This document shows positions 9,239 to 18,030 of a stretch of 34,151 bases of DNA, piece by piece (positions within the stretch are counted from its first letter, which is position 1; each line of letters opens with the position of its first letter). The position numbers and the translations under genes are program-made. Source of the DNA: a virus. The notes beneath the pieces were generated by a model, which made no database searches, was not told where the DNA came from, and saw only the letters and a program-made list of their open reading frames with translations. The stretch lies in IMG/VR virus record IMGVR_UViG_3300045988_084175. One strand, written 5' to 3'.

Positions 9239-9894
9239 TGAAGATAAACGAACAAGATGTGGCCATCTTCGGGGCTCATTTAACGATGGACTACACGGTC
9301 GGCGGCTACGAGGTCGATTCTTCGGCGTTCATGGGCCGGAAGCGGTCAACCTTCGTTCTGCTGAACCACACAACAGGATTCAAAGAGATCGTCGTCCCGA
9401 TCGTCTTCGATAAAAAGCCGGTAACGGTCAACAAGGACCGATTCGAGGCCTTGGCTTTCTCTGGAAAGGTGGAACTGGAGATGGACGACGGGCAATTGTT
9501 CACTGCTTATCTTTCCGAGATTGGCGAGACCGCCTACATTCACCCGGACCTGATCGAGAGCGAATATGTCTTCATCGGTGTCCGACACGGTCGCAAGAGG
9601 ACAGTTCACGCAAACACCCTTTTCTGTGAGAGTACTCTGCCTTGGACAGACTGCATCCTGACGGTCACGGTCGGCAAAACGGGAAAAAACTATCAGATCG
9701 GGCCGGTGGTCTTTCCGAGCGTCACATCCGGGCAGGTGCTGGTTGTGGATGGTATCAACAAGCGGATCCTTGCCAACGGTGCACCCGCTGCGGAGCTGGC
9801 AGAATGGACGGTCTTGCCATCCCTTTCCCCGGGGCTCAATGCGATTGACTGCGCCGATCCGCTCACGGTGGAGTACTACCCGGCCTACTTTTAA
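9238..9894 (+). CDS. distal tail protein (Dit)
   Basis: ATG 9238 overlaps the TMP stop (TGATG), preceded by GGAGGA. 219 aa. In the canonical position between TMP and Tal. Confidence 0.7.
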   Translation: MKINEQDVAIFGAHLTMDYTVGGYEVDSSAFMGRKRSTFVLLNHTTGFKEIVVPIVFDKKPVTVNKDRFEALAFSGKVELEMDDGQLFTAYLSEIGETAYIHPDLIESEYVFIGVRHGRKRTVHANTLFCESTLPWTDCILTVTVGKTGKNYQIGPVVFPSVTSGQVLVVDGINKRILANGAPAAELAEWTVLPSLSPGLNAIDCADPLTVEYYPAYF

Positions 9895-9933
9895 CGAACA
9901 AATGAGCGAAGAAAAAAGAAGGAGGTGGCCGAG

Positions 9934-12027
9934 TTGCTGCGACTTGGCAGTCTGATATTAAACACGGATGACTTTTACATCAAAGAGATGGCCAGTGGGG
10001 TGGATGAGCTGGTCTTCAACCTGTCTATCTACGACGAGAACTACAGCGCCGTCGTCGAAGAAGCGGTGGTCTTCTATGAACAGCCGTACCTGATCAAGGC
10101 GATTGACGCTGGCAAGGACACGGCTAAGGTCAAGTGTCAGTTGGACCTGGACGAGCTGAAGGCCACCATGCTGATCAACTACAGTAACGGCAGCGCGACG
10201 CTGACAGAGACCGTCGACGGCGTTCTGCCTGCCAACTGGCAGTTTGTCGACTCCAGCCTGAGTACGATCCGACGCACTATCGAGGGCAACTACACGCCGC
10301 TGGAGGTCATCACGGAGGCTGCCAACGTGTTCGGGGTTGTCTTCCGATACGACGTCAAAAGGAAACGGGTCACAGCCTACCGGCTCAGCCAGTTCCAGTC
10401 CCTGGGGGCATTTGCTACCAGGGACCTGAACATGACGGAGGTCAACTACAAGGGCAAGAGCTCGGGTTTCTATACGCGTTTGTATGCCTATGGCAAGGAT
10501 GGCATGACCTTCGCAGATATTAACGACGGAAAGCCCTATGTGGACTGTAACACCTACACCGACAAGATCATCTGCGCGTACTGGAGCGATGATCGCTATA
10601 CTGACCCGGCGAGTCTGCTGGAGGACGCACAGACGTCTGTAAACGAGGCTGGCGTGCCTTCCCGGTCGTATGAATGTACCGTTTACGATCTGGCGGCCAC
10701 CAATCCGGAACTGTACGGATTTCAGGACTTTAGTCTGTTTTCTGTCATTCGGCTGATCGACGATGTAAAGGGAATCAGCGTCCTTTATCAGGTTGTAGAG
10801 TACTGGCGGTATCCTTTCTACCCTGAAAAGAACATGGTTACTCTGTCGGCGACCGCGCCGAAGATCCAGAATCAAGTCCAGTCGATCAGAAACGAGATCA
10901 AAAATCCAAACAGTGCTTTCTGGGCAACGATGAACAATGCCATCAACAATGCCACGGGCTGGATCGCAGGCACAAATGGCGGATACGTCATCCTTCACCA
11001 AAACGCCGCCGGACAGCCTTATGAGCTGCTAATCATGGACACCCCGGATATGTCCACAGCCACCAAGGTCTGGCGCTGGAACCAGGGCGGCCTGGGGTAC
11101 AGTTCAAACGGCTATAACGGACCATACCAGACAGCCATCACGCAGGATGGCAGCATCGTGGCCGATTTCATTACCACCGGCACCATGCAGGCCAATGTCA
11201 TCAAGGGCGGTACCCTGACATTGGGCGGCGTCCGAAATGGCGACGGCGTCTGCCACGTGTACGATGCAGAGGGCAACCTGGTCATTCAGATGGACAATGA
11301 AGGCCTTCAGGCCTACGACGCGCAGATCATCGGCCCGTCCATCGTGTTCGGTGATCCCGACGGAACACATGTACTTGCCGATACTACGCCAGACAATGCC
11401 GGGATTCAGTTCACAGGATCGGGAAAGATCAACTTTAATACATCCGGAGAGTTTAGAGCAGAAAATCGCGGAGCGTCAAATACACTCGCAAATCAAATAT
11501 TAATGTATCGCAGTGCGAATAATTCGCTGTTTTATTTGACGAATAGATCAACGAAGGATCAAGATGCTAATGCGATCGACATGATTTCCCAGGGCGATTG
11601 GAACGCGATCCGTTTAGACAACAAAGACGACGGAAAAGAGGTCAATTCGATCCAACTTTCAACAGCAGGATCAAAAAGTGATATAAATTTATGGAACTAT
11701 GTACCAGGAACAAAAAATGCAGCTAATTCTTTTGTAATGGGATGTGATGGCGGAAATACATTCTTAAACATTACAAATTATGATTCTAACGGCAATCAAA
11801 AATGCGGAATTTATTTCAAAGAAAATGGAACGTTTACGATCAGTTCCAATACAGGCGGCACATCGCAGGTATATACGGACACTGGTGGGAATCTGACTGT
11901 TTTCGGGAATAATTCGTTGAACTTAGTTAGTCAGAATTACTATGTTGTCATCCATTCTGGCGGTGTTGCCAGACGCTGCGTTTGGAAGTCGATTAATGGT
12001 GAAATGGTCTTGTGTGGGGAGGTTTAA
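9934..12027 (+). CDS. tail-associated lysin / baseplate hub (Tal; prophage tail endopeptidase family)
   Basis: TTG 9934 follows AAGGAGGTGG (GTG 9925 lies inside the RBS). 698 aa. The N-terminal two-thirds is GC-rich; the C-terminal 190 aa are AT-rich and N/G/S/T-rich (a receptor-binding-like module). Confidence 0.75.
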   Translation: MLRLGSLILNTDDFYIKEMASGVDELVFNLSIYDENYSAVVEEAVVFYEQPYLIKAIDAGKDTAKVKCQLDLDELKATMLINYSNGSATLTETVDGVLPANWQFVDSSLSTIRRTIEGNYTPLEVITEAANVFGVVFRYDVKRKRVTAYRLSQFQSLGAFATRDLNMTEVNYKGKSSGFYTRLYAYGKDGMTFADINDGKPYVDCNTYTDKIICAYWSDDRYTDPASLLEDAQTSVNEAGVPSRSYECTVYDLAATNPELYGFQDFSLFSVIRLIDDVKGISVLYQVVEYWRYPFYPEKNMVTLSATAPKIQNQVQSIRNEIKNPNSAFWATMNNAINNATGWIAGTNGGYVILHQNAAGQPYELLIMDTPDMSTATKVWRWNQGGLGYSSNGYNGPYQTAITQDGSIVADFITTGTMQANVIKGGTLTLGGVRNGDGVCHVYDAEGNLVIQMDNEGLQAYDAQIIGPSIVFGDPDGTHVLADTTPDNAGIQFTGSGKINFNTSGEFRAENRGASNTLANQILMYRSANNSLFYLTNRSTKDQDANAIDMISQGDWNAIRLDNKDDGKEVNSIQLSTAGSKSDINLWNYVPGTKNAANSFVMGCDGGNTFLNITNYDSNGNQKCGIYFKENGTFTISSNTGGTSQVYTDTGGNLTVFGNNSLNLVSQNYYVVIHSGGVARRCVWKSINGEMVLCGEV

Positions 12028-12030
12028 ACG

Positions 12031-12228
12031 ATGACTGAATTGAAGCAAAGAATCGAAAAGCTAAAGTTTGATATTGTGAAAGCGATCAATGACAGCGGTC
12101 TTACGTTGGAGGTTTGTGAGCTTGTTCTTGATACCGTTCACATCCAGCTGCAGAACCAAGTCGAAAAAATGAAGGAGGAGAAAAAAGATGAAACTCGGAA
12201 CGATTACCCAGCAGGGCCTGACGCTTAG
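12031..12228 (+). CDS. small coiled-coil hypothetical protein
   Basis: ATG follows GGGGAGG. 65 aa, K/E-rich. Overlaps the fibre gene by 41 nt. Confidence 0.4.
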   Translation: MTELKQRIEKLKFDIVKAINDSGLTLEVCELVLDTVHIQLQNQVEKMKEEKKDETRNDYPAGPDA

Positions 12229-13504
12229 CAGCGATATCGGGATTCTTCCGGCGCAGCATTCTGCGAATATTCAACTGGGTGTTCAGAAGGACGGCAGCTA
12301 CACCGACTATTCAGTTACGGCACAGCTTGGGTATCCGACATCGACTGGGGACTATCTCAATGCCAGCGTCGCAGTGCTTGAGGGCGTCCTGACCATCCCT
12401 TCTGAGTGCTTCAAGCAGGACGGGATCATAGTTATCAGCTTAGCGCTGACCAACGGGACAGAGCTAATCGTGACCCATCCGCTGCATCTGACTATCGTCG
12501 GTGCGCCGGGCTCGTCTGTAACACTTCCGCCAGAAGATATCTGGCAGCAGCAAGTCTCTGCTTTTGTACAGTCTTACCTGTCTGCCGAGGGGATCACAAT
12601 CTCAGCAACAGCCGTGACCGGCGAGCCAGGAACAGAGGCCAAGGTCGAAAACACAGGAACCGGCACGAACCCGGTGTTTAAGTTTACCATCCCGCGTGGA
12701 AATGTTGGCCCGATTGGTCCGCAAGGTCCGAAGGGAGACACGGGTGCAACCGGCCCGCAAGGCTTAACTGGTCCGCAAGGTCCGAAGGGAGACACGGGTG
12801 CAACCGGCCCGCAAGGCTTAACTGGCCCGCAAGGTCCGAAGGGAGACACGGGTGCAACCGGCCCGCAAGGCTTAACTGGCCCGCAAGGTCCAGCAGGCCC
12901 AGCCGGGGAAGGTGTTCCACCGGGAGGTCAGCAAGGTCAGATCATCGTCAGCACTGGAAATGGTGGAGCGGAGTGGCGGGACATGCCAGAAACAGAAGTC
13001 ACGATCAAACCGAACGGTGGTTTACAAAATACAGACGCTGGATTAGGGATTAAACCCGCGGAAACGGCGAGTGGAAGTTCTGGATTAACCTTATCTACTA
13101 ATGGCGTTCATGTCAAATTTGCAACCAATAACGGGCGGGGTGGAATTATCGGTACTTCCAAAACCGCAGAACAGACCGAAGCCGTAGGAATCGGAAAGGA
13201 TGGGAAGCTTTATACCAAATTTATTGGTTATCAATTTGAATCCATCGATCCGCGCGGCGGAATTATTAATGAGCAAGACAACGCAGGATTAAGAATTAAA
13301 TTGAATCGAGACCAGGTTGGAGGCGCAGGATTAGAAGTAGATGAGAATGGTTTGTATCTTAAACAAGCAACCGATTCTTTTTTGGGTGGCGTTCGCGTTG
13401 ATTTGGCCTTATCTGAAACAAGTGCGAATCCGGTGCAGAACAAAGCAATCACCGCAGCTATCGGTGACATAAGCACGGCGCTTGCTGCGATTTTGGGGGT
13501 GTAA
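12188..13504 (+). CDS. collagen-like-repeat tail fibre / receptor-binding protein
   Basis: RBS AAGGAGGAG. Contains a central (GXY)n tract, [22 protein letters not shown] x3, then GPAGPAGEG. The C-terminal part is AT-rich. Confidence 0.75.
   Translation: MKLGTITQQGLTLSSDIGILPAQHSANIQLGVQKDGSYTDYSVTAQLGYPTSTGDYLNASVAVLEGVLTIPSECFKQDGIIVISLALTNGTELIVTHPLHLTIVGAPGSSVTLPPEDIWQQQVSAFVQSYLSAEGITISATAVTGEPGTEAKVENTGTGTNPVFKFTIPRGNVGPIGPQGPKGDTGATGPQGLTGPQGPKGDTGATGPQGLTGPQGPKGDTGATGPQGLTGPQGPAGPAGEGVPPGGQQGQIIVSTGNGGAEWRDMPETEVTIKPNGGLQNTDAGLGIKPAETASGSSGLTLSTNGVHVKFATNNGRGGIIGTSKTAEQTEAVGIGKDGKLYTKFIGYQFESIDPRGGIINEQDNAGLRIKLNRDQVGGAGLEVDENGLYLKQATDSFLGGVRVDLALSETSANPVQNKAITAAIGDISTALAAILGV
12707..12906. 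repeat. three tandem 54-bp DNA repeats encoding the collagen-like GXY tract
   Basis: The unit ccgcaaggtccgaagggagacacgggtgcaaccggcccgcaaggcttaactggt repeats from about 12719 to 12880, with only synonymous changes. Confidence 0.85.
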
Positions 13505-13507
13505 ATT

Positions 13508-14002
13508 GTGTCTATAGCAGATCAACTTACGCAGCTTAATCAAGTCAAGTCTGGAATCAAACAAGCCTTGATTGATAAGGGTGTTGACATGGCGGATGTG
13601 CCTTTCACGCGGTATGCTGAAAAAATCGCCGGCATTTCTGCCGGTGAATATCCAGGGTATCAAGTAAAAAAAGGCGAAACTGGGAAGCTTTCACAATCGA
13701 ACAATCAAACATTGAGCGGGGCAATTCCCGATGGAATTATCCCGTTAACTCTTAAGCTCACCCATGCCAATACAAATTCTGATTGGCCTGTATATTTAGG
13801 GTTATCCGACAAACCATTCGCTTATGGGAAAGGAAACATCGTTGGTGCTTCCCGAGCTGGAATGGTCTTGTTTTACGATCTTGAAATGGCTTATGGAGGA
13901 TTGACAGAAATTCAAAAATATACATACTACGGCGCACATACGACAAATGCGAATGGTACAAATACATTGAGCATTGTTAAATGGCTTGAACCGATAGCAT
14001 AA
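13508..14002 (+). CDS. hypothetical tail-fibre-associated protein
   Basis: GTG start after GGGGGTG, immediately after the fibre gene stop. 164 aa, no known motif. Confidence 0.45.
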   Translation: MSIADQLTQLNQVKSGIKQALIDKGVDMADVPFTRYAEKIAGISAGEYPGYQVKKGETGKLSQSNNQTLSGAIPDGIIPLTLKLTHANTNSDWPVYLGLSDKPFAYGKGNIVGASRAGMVLFYDLEMAYGGLTEIQKYTYYGAHTTNANGTNTLSIVKWLEPIA

Positions 14003-14016
14003 AAAGGAGGGATAAA

Positions 14017-15618
14017 GTGCAAAAAGCACTTTTTTTCATGGCTGTGCTTCGCTGCACGGCCGGGGAAGACTACACAACGCACAAGGGCACTTATGCGCTT
14101 GACTTTGGCGGGCGCGATGGGAGCAAGGATTTAATCTTTGCTCCCTTTGATTTAAAGATCAAAAAAATAGATCGTGCGGCGAACACGGTCTTTTTTGAGT
14201 CGCTGGAAAAAGTCGAAACTCCAACATTTATAGATTATGTCTGTGGCCGTTTCGCGCATTGCGACGACTCTGACATGATGGCTAATTGCTACGTCGGTGC
14301 TGTTATTAAGCAGGGCGAAGCCTTTTATCGTGAAGGTGGCAGAGGATCGTGGATAGACGGTAAATTTGCAACGCATGTTCACGCTGTATTTGCGCGCGGA
14401 CACCTCACAGGTGCTTATTGGTACAACGTGGGTAACGGAAACTATGCCATGCTATCAACCGGTGGTAAGCAACATATATACGACGTTCTGTTTGTGCCTG
14501 ATGACGTTAAGATTGTCAAAATAAATGATTACAAAGATAAATATCCGTGGCGAAGATTGCAAAGAGAGGACGATAATGAAATGAGAATTATCAATTACAA
14601 AGGCGGAAACTCAGTTCAGAGAAAGCTACCAACGGGCTTTCTTGTTTATGCTAAAAAAGGAATTACACCTCACGCAGAATTCAAAGAATTTAAGTATGAA
14701 GGATCTGATATCCATGTAGCCAGAATTTGGCAGAGTGATGATCTTCAGCTAATTCCGTATTACAACGAAACTCCGGTTTATGTAACACAGATGAAAAATG
14801 ACTGGATGGAGAACAACGGCTTTGAGTTGATTCTGGCAACATCTGGCGGATACTTTGATAACCATCCATCTGCAAGTACCTATGGCATGCCAGTTGGAGG
14901 ATTGTTCCAGGATTGGACTGGACGGTGGTCTACTTATAAAGGTCAACCGTTACTCCCGGCAAAAGGCAAAGGATATCCTATGCTGTATACGGCAGGTGGA
15001 TCAGATTTTAATCTTGAAGACTGCTGGGAATCTGATCTTAAAGACCGTTTGGCTAATTACTGGTGGGGTGTTGCGGTTGGACAGGCTTTAACATATGACG
15101 GCAGAGTAGATTGCTCTATTGGCTCTGAAAATGGTCGCTACAGCGCGAAAGAATCCGTCTTGATGATTGGTATCGGCAAAGATGGAGAATGGATTCTGGC
15201 ATGCAATACAGGGGTAGAACTGAACCATCTAACCCGTGCTTATTTGATGGACTCTCTGGGCGCTGTTAAATCTGCTGATCTTGATGGCGGTGGTTCTACG
15301 CATATGCGGATTGATGAAGCAAAATTCAACCAGTATAAGCCGGAACCAGAACCGGAACCTGAGCCAACTCCAGAACCTAAACCAGAGATTACTGAAACGA
15401 TGGTATTTGAATGTACTAAAGCGAGCACTTCTAAGGGATATCCACTCCGCAAAGAAGCGCCTTCTGGAGAGATCGTAAAATATATGAAGGTTGGAGATCG
15501 AGTTAAGGTAGTGGATATTCAGAATAAAGGAAAGAATCAATATACATCCGCAGCTGAACCGTGGTGTAAGACAAAGGATGGATTATGGTTTGCCTTTGAC
15601 AAAGGTTATTTTAAGTAG
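14017..15618 (+). CDS. multidomain cell-wall hydrolase (probable endolysin): N-terminal HxH peptidase-like domain, NAGPA-like domain, PE-repeat linker, C-terminal SH3b-like domain
   Basis: GTG start after AAAGGAGGG. DLDGGGSTHM is the hallmark motif of phosphodiester glycosidase (NAGPA) domains. A (PE)n/PEPTPEPKPE linker follows. The C-terminal 70 aa (GYPLRKEAPSGEIVKYMKVGDRVKV...WCKTKDGLWFAFDKGYF) look like a bacterial SH3 wall-binding domain. Confidence 0.65.
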   Translation: MQKALFFMAVLRCTAGEDYTTHKGTYALDFGGRDGSKDLIFAPFDLKIKKIDRAANTVFFESLEKVETPTFIDYVCGRFAHCDDSDMMANCYVGAVIKQGEAFYREGGRGSWIDGKFATHVHAVFARGHLTGAYWYNVGNGNYAMLSTGGKQHIYDVLFVPDDVKIVKINDYKDKYPWRRLQREDDNEMRIINYKGGNSVQRKLPTGFLVYAKKGITPHAEFKEFKYEGSDIHVARIWQSDDLQLIPYYNETPVYVTQMKNDWMENNGFELILATSGGYFDNHPSASTYGMPVGGLFQDWTGRWSTYKGQPLLPAKGKGYPMLYTAGGSDFNLEDCWESDLKDRLANYWWGVAVGQALTYDGRVDCSIGSENGRYSAKESVLMIGIGKDGEWILACNTGVELNHLTRAYLMDSLGAVKSADLDGGGSTHMRIDEAKFNQYKPEPEPEPEPTPEPKPEITETMVFECTKASTSKGYPLRKEAPSGEIVKYMKVGDRVKVVDIQNKGKNQYTSAAEPWCKTKDGLWFAFDKGYFK

Positions 15619-15630
15619 GAGGAAACGAAC

Positions 15631-15927
15631 ATGAAAAAAGTATTCATCAGCCAGCCGATGCGGGGTAAAACATCTGAAGAAATTCTGACGGAACGAAATC
15701 GAATCACTGAAGAAATCCGGAACATGATCGGAGATCACGAAGTCTTGGACACCTACTTTGATGATTTTGGGGAGTGCTCAAAACCATTGCAATACCTAGC
15801 TAAGTCATTATGGATGCTGGCGGATGCAGACTGCGCCTATTTTGCGCCAGGCTGGCAGGATGCTCGGGGTTGCCGGATTGAGCACGATAGCGCTATTGCT
15901 TATGAAATTGAAGTCTTGAAGGACTAG
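15631..15927 (+). CDS. DUF4406-like protein (nucleoside 2-deoxyribosyltransferase-like fold)
   Basis: RBS TAGGAGGAA. The N-terminus MKKVFISQPMRGKTSEE matches the MKKIYISGPMtG signature of DUF4406. 98 aa. Confidence 0.5.
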   Translation: MKKVFISQPMRGKTSEEILTERNRITEEIRNMIGDHEVLDTYFDDFGECSKPLQYLAKSLWMLADADCAYFAPGWQDARGCRIEHDSAIAYEIEVLKD

Positions 15928-15941
15928 AGGAGGACTAAATC

Positions 15942-16127
15942 ATGGAAGACATCAAAAAGCGTATCTCCAAGCTGGTCGATTTAAAATCGATCATCTCGAT
16001 CATCATGGTAGCCGCAATGGTTGCCGGATTTTTTGCAAAGATGGTATCTGCTGATCAGTTTGTGCCACTGGTCACGATGATTGTCACCTTTTATTTCGCC
16101 AAGCAGGACAAGCCTGATAAGGAGTAA
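15942..16127 (+). CDS. putative holin (61 aa, two TM segments, charged C-terminus)
   Basis: RBS GAGGAGGA. Predicted TM segments IISIIMVAAMVAGFFAKMV and FVPLVTMIVTFYFA, followed by KQDKPDKE. Confidence 0.55.
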   Translation: MEDIKKRISKLVDLKSIISIIMVAAMVAGFFAKMVSADQFVPLVTMIVTFYFAKQDKPDKE

Positions 16128-16132
16128 TCGCA

Positions 16133-16447
16133 ATGCTTGAGTTTATCTCTACGCACATCATGGAGCTTGGCTGGACTTGTATTGTCGGCATCCTCGCAAT
16201 GCTCTATAAGACGATCCAAAAAAATTTTAAAAAAGTATTGGCTGATAACCAAAATATGAAGTTTGGTGTCCAAGCCGTGCTCCACGATAGGCTTATACAA
16301 AAGTGTACCTACATCATCCAGCGGGAATACGTGACAACAGATGACCTTGATGAGCTTGAGGAGCTCAACAAGCCTTATAAGGCTCTCGGCGGTAATGGCA
16401 CGGTTAAAACAGCTCTGGAAAAAGTTAAACAGCTGCCTCTTAAATAG
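16133..16447 (+). CDS. holin-like membrane protein (single N-terminal TM plus hydrophilic domain)
   Basis: RBS AAGGAG. TM segment GWTCIVGILAMLY, then a roughly 75-aa hydrophilic tail. Last gene of the late operon, followed by a strong terminator. Confidence 0.4.
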   Translation: MLEFISTHIMELGWTCIVGILAMLYKTIQKNFKKVLADNQNMKFGVQAVLHDRLIQKCTYIIQREYVTTDDLDELEELNKPYKALGGNGTVKTALEKVKQLPLK

Positions 16448-16452
16448 CAACA

Positions 16453-16490
16453 CCCCACCTTCCATGCCGGAGGGTGGGGCTTTTTATTTT
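16453..16490 (+). terminator. rho-independent terminator ending the late/lysis operon
   Basis: ccccaccttcc-atgcc-ggagggtgggg stem followed by CTTTTTATTTT. Confidence 0.75.
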
Positions 16491-16515
16491 ACCTATATAT
16501 AATAAGGTTAGAAAT

Positions 16516-16710
16516 ATCATGCCACAATCGTGCCATGAAATAAAAAAGCCCTTTGTTAAGGGCTTAAATCGTAATGGAGCAGATGAGCGGAAGCGTTTGA
16601 TTGCATTTTTTGATTTATGAATCATTGAAAAACCCTTTGTTTAAAGGCTTTTTGATACATGCATTAAATATAGATTTTGAAAAATCATGCCACAAATCAT
16701 GCCACAGATT
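16516..16710. repeat. candidate attP region with repeated ATCATGCCACA motifs
   Basis: ATCATGCCACA occurs at about 16518, 16684 and 16696 (tandem). There is an imperfect inverted copy, TCATGCCAC-aatc-GTGCCATGA. The region sits between the lysis terminator and the 3' end of int. Confidence 0.4.
16540..16566 (-). terminator. probable int terminator (minus strand)
   Basis: Perfect 8-bp hairpin aagccctt-tgtt-aagggctt flanked by an upstream A-run, which gives a U-run on the minus-strand transcript. Confidence 0.45.
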
Positions 16711-17761
16711 CTTTTAATTCTTCTAATTTATCCACTAATTCGTCGGCGTTTTTTTCTAACAGATGCGTGTATACTTTTAGCGTCATATTGATGTCACTGT
16801 GGCCGAGTCTTTTGGATACAGCGACGATGTTAACGCCGTTATTAATCAGGATTGTAGCGTGGCTATGACGGAGATCGTGGATGCGGATTTTTTTGAGCGT
16901 ATGTCCATCAGCATTGGCTGCAGCAATGGCACTATCAAAGGCACGCTGTATCGTAGTAATTCCTAATGGTTCAAAATCACCGAATAAATAGGGTCCATCT
17001 TTAGCCAAGAGCGGTTTTAGTATTTCGAGGGTATATTTATCCAGCTTTATTTTTCGCACGCTAGACGCTGTCTTAGGAGCTCTCACACCTTGCTTGTTAT
17101 GCTTAATGGTTTTGTCGATCGTTACCCATCCATCTTTAATATCTGATTTCAGGACTGCCTTGCCTTCTGATCGGCGGCAACCAGTATAAAACAAAAATGT
17201 AAAGTAAGCACGAATGGTATAATTCTTGATGTAAGACGCAAAGAGATTGAATTCTTCGATTGTCCAGGTTTGCATCTCTTTTTTGTCTGCGGCAGTCGCA
17301 CGGAAGGGTTCAATGATTTTTGCAAAGTCTGGTGTGTCATAATATTTATATCCAAAAGCAGACACAGACCGGACAAAGGAGATGACATTGTTTTTTGTCC
17401 GAGTAGCTAACTTTTTTTCCGCTAGTTCGTTTCTCCACTTTAAAACGTCTTTCGGCTTAATCTGGTTCAAGGGCATATCCATAAAAGCAGATGCATATGT
17501 TTTTGATAGATGTCGCTTGCTTCGTTTTGTTTCTTCGTTGGCGGATGTTCTGCTTTTCAAATATTCCTCCATCATAACGCCAAAGGTGGCGGAGGACTGC
17601 ACTTCCTGATTATTCGCGCGGATTTCTGCCTCCCACGCCTGAGCTTCTCTTTTCAACTCGAAGCCTCGTTTTTTCTTTGTGATCAGCTTTCCAGTCAGCG
17701 GATCGCGCAGCTGCACCTGCGCAAACCAAGTACCTCGTTCTTTATCTTTGTGAACGCTCAT
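16697..17761 (-). CDS. int: tyrosine site-specific integrase
   Basis: Start taken at the internal Met (MSVHKDKERGTWFAQ) with AGGAGG 9 nt upstream on the minus strand; the ORF track extends 16 codons further upstream. The C-terminal catalytic region reads RIHDLRHSHATILINNGV...LGHSDINMTLKVYTH (R...HxxR...Y). Confidence 0.9.
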   Translation of the reverse strand: MSVHKDKERGTWFAQVQLRDPLTGKLITKKKRGFELKREAQAWEAEIRANNQEVQSSATFGVMMEEYLKSRTSANEETKRSKRHLSKTYASAFMDMPLNQIKPKDVLKWRNELAEKKLATRTKNNVISFVRSVSAFGYKYYDTPDFAKIIEPFRATAADKKEMQTWTIEEFNLFASYIKNYTIRAYFTFLFYTGCRRSEGKAVLKSDIKDGWVTIDKTIKHNKQGVRAPKTASSVRKIKLDKYTLEILKPLLAKDGPYLFGDFEPLGITTIQRAFDSAIAAANADGHTLKKIRIHDLRHSHATILINNGVNIVAVSKRLGHSDINMTLKVYTHLLEKNADELVDKLEELKESVA

Positions 17762-17913
17762 TGTTTTTGTCCTCCTATTTTGGTATAATGAGCGCATAGT
17801 AAAAGGCATGACGGGCTAAGTCATTTTTACTATGCAGTGAGCGGTGTTACCAGCACCAGCTCTATATTTCTCGGAGTTACCAGCTCCGGGATTTTTAAAT
17901 TTTTTTCACAATG

Positions 17914-17942
17914 TTGCATTTTGTAAACAAATCGCATATACT
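17914..17942 (+). promoter_or_regulatory. sigma-A type promoter TTGCAT-17-TATACT with an AT-rich UP element
   Basis: Read directly from the sequence. It sits about 90 nt upstream of the small membrane-protein gene at 18031. Confidence 0.5.
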
Positions 17943-18030
17943 ATGAATACAGATTGCATGGCACTCAAGATAAGTCCTGATGAATTCGTTTCAAATGAAA
18001 AGAGGCTAGCGTAAAGAAGGAGGCGATTAA

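Noticed and set aside
616-11001. Long minus-strand ORFs antisense to structural genes (616..1140, 1565..2218, 2355..3062, 5731..6594, 9958..11001, and also 31452..32066)
   Set aside because: They lie wholly inside well-supported plus-strand genes, lack RBSs, and have low-complexity or Cys/Arg-rich translations typical of antisense reading of GC-rich DNA.
12574-12920. Minus-strand ORFs 12574..12849 and 12684..12920 with internally repeated peptides
   Set aside because: These are reverse-frame artefacts of the 54-bp collagen-like tandem repeats in the plus-strand fibre gene.
12697-15390. CRISPR-like repeat arrays
   Set aside because: The only tandem repeats are protein-coding: collagen GXY units, the PEPEPE linker and the replisome-organizer low-complexity tract. 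No repeat-spacer architecture and no cas genes were found.
16490-16700. tRNA gene fragment at the attP region
   Set aside because: No cloverleaf-compatible sequence and no GTTCGAATC/CCA-like 3' tRNA end was recognised. This does not exclude a non-tRNA attB.
16677-16868. Plus-strand ORF 16677..16868 with N-terminal HATNHAT repeats
   Set aside because: It is the antisense of the integrase 3' end and of the ATCATGCCACA att-type repeats. The repeats in the peptide simply reflect the DNA repeats.
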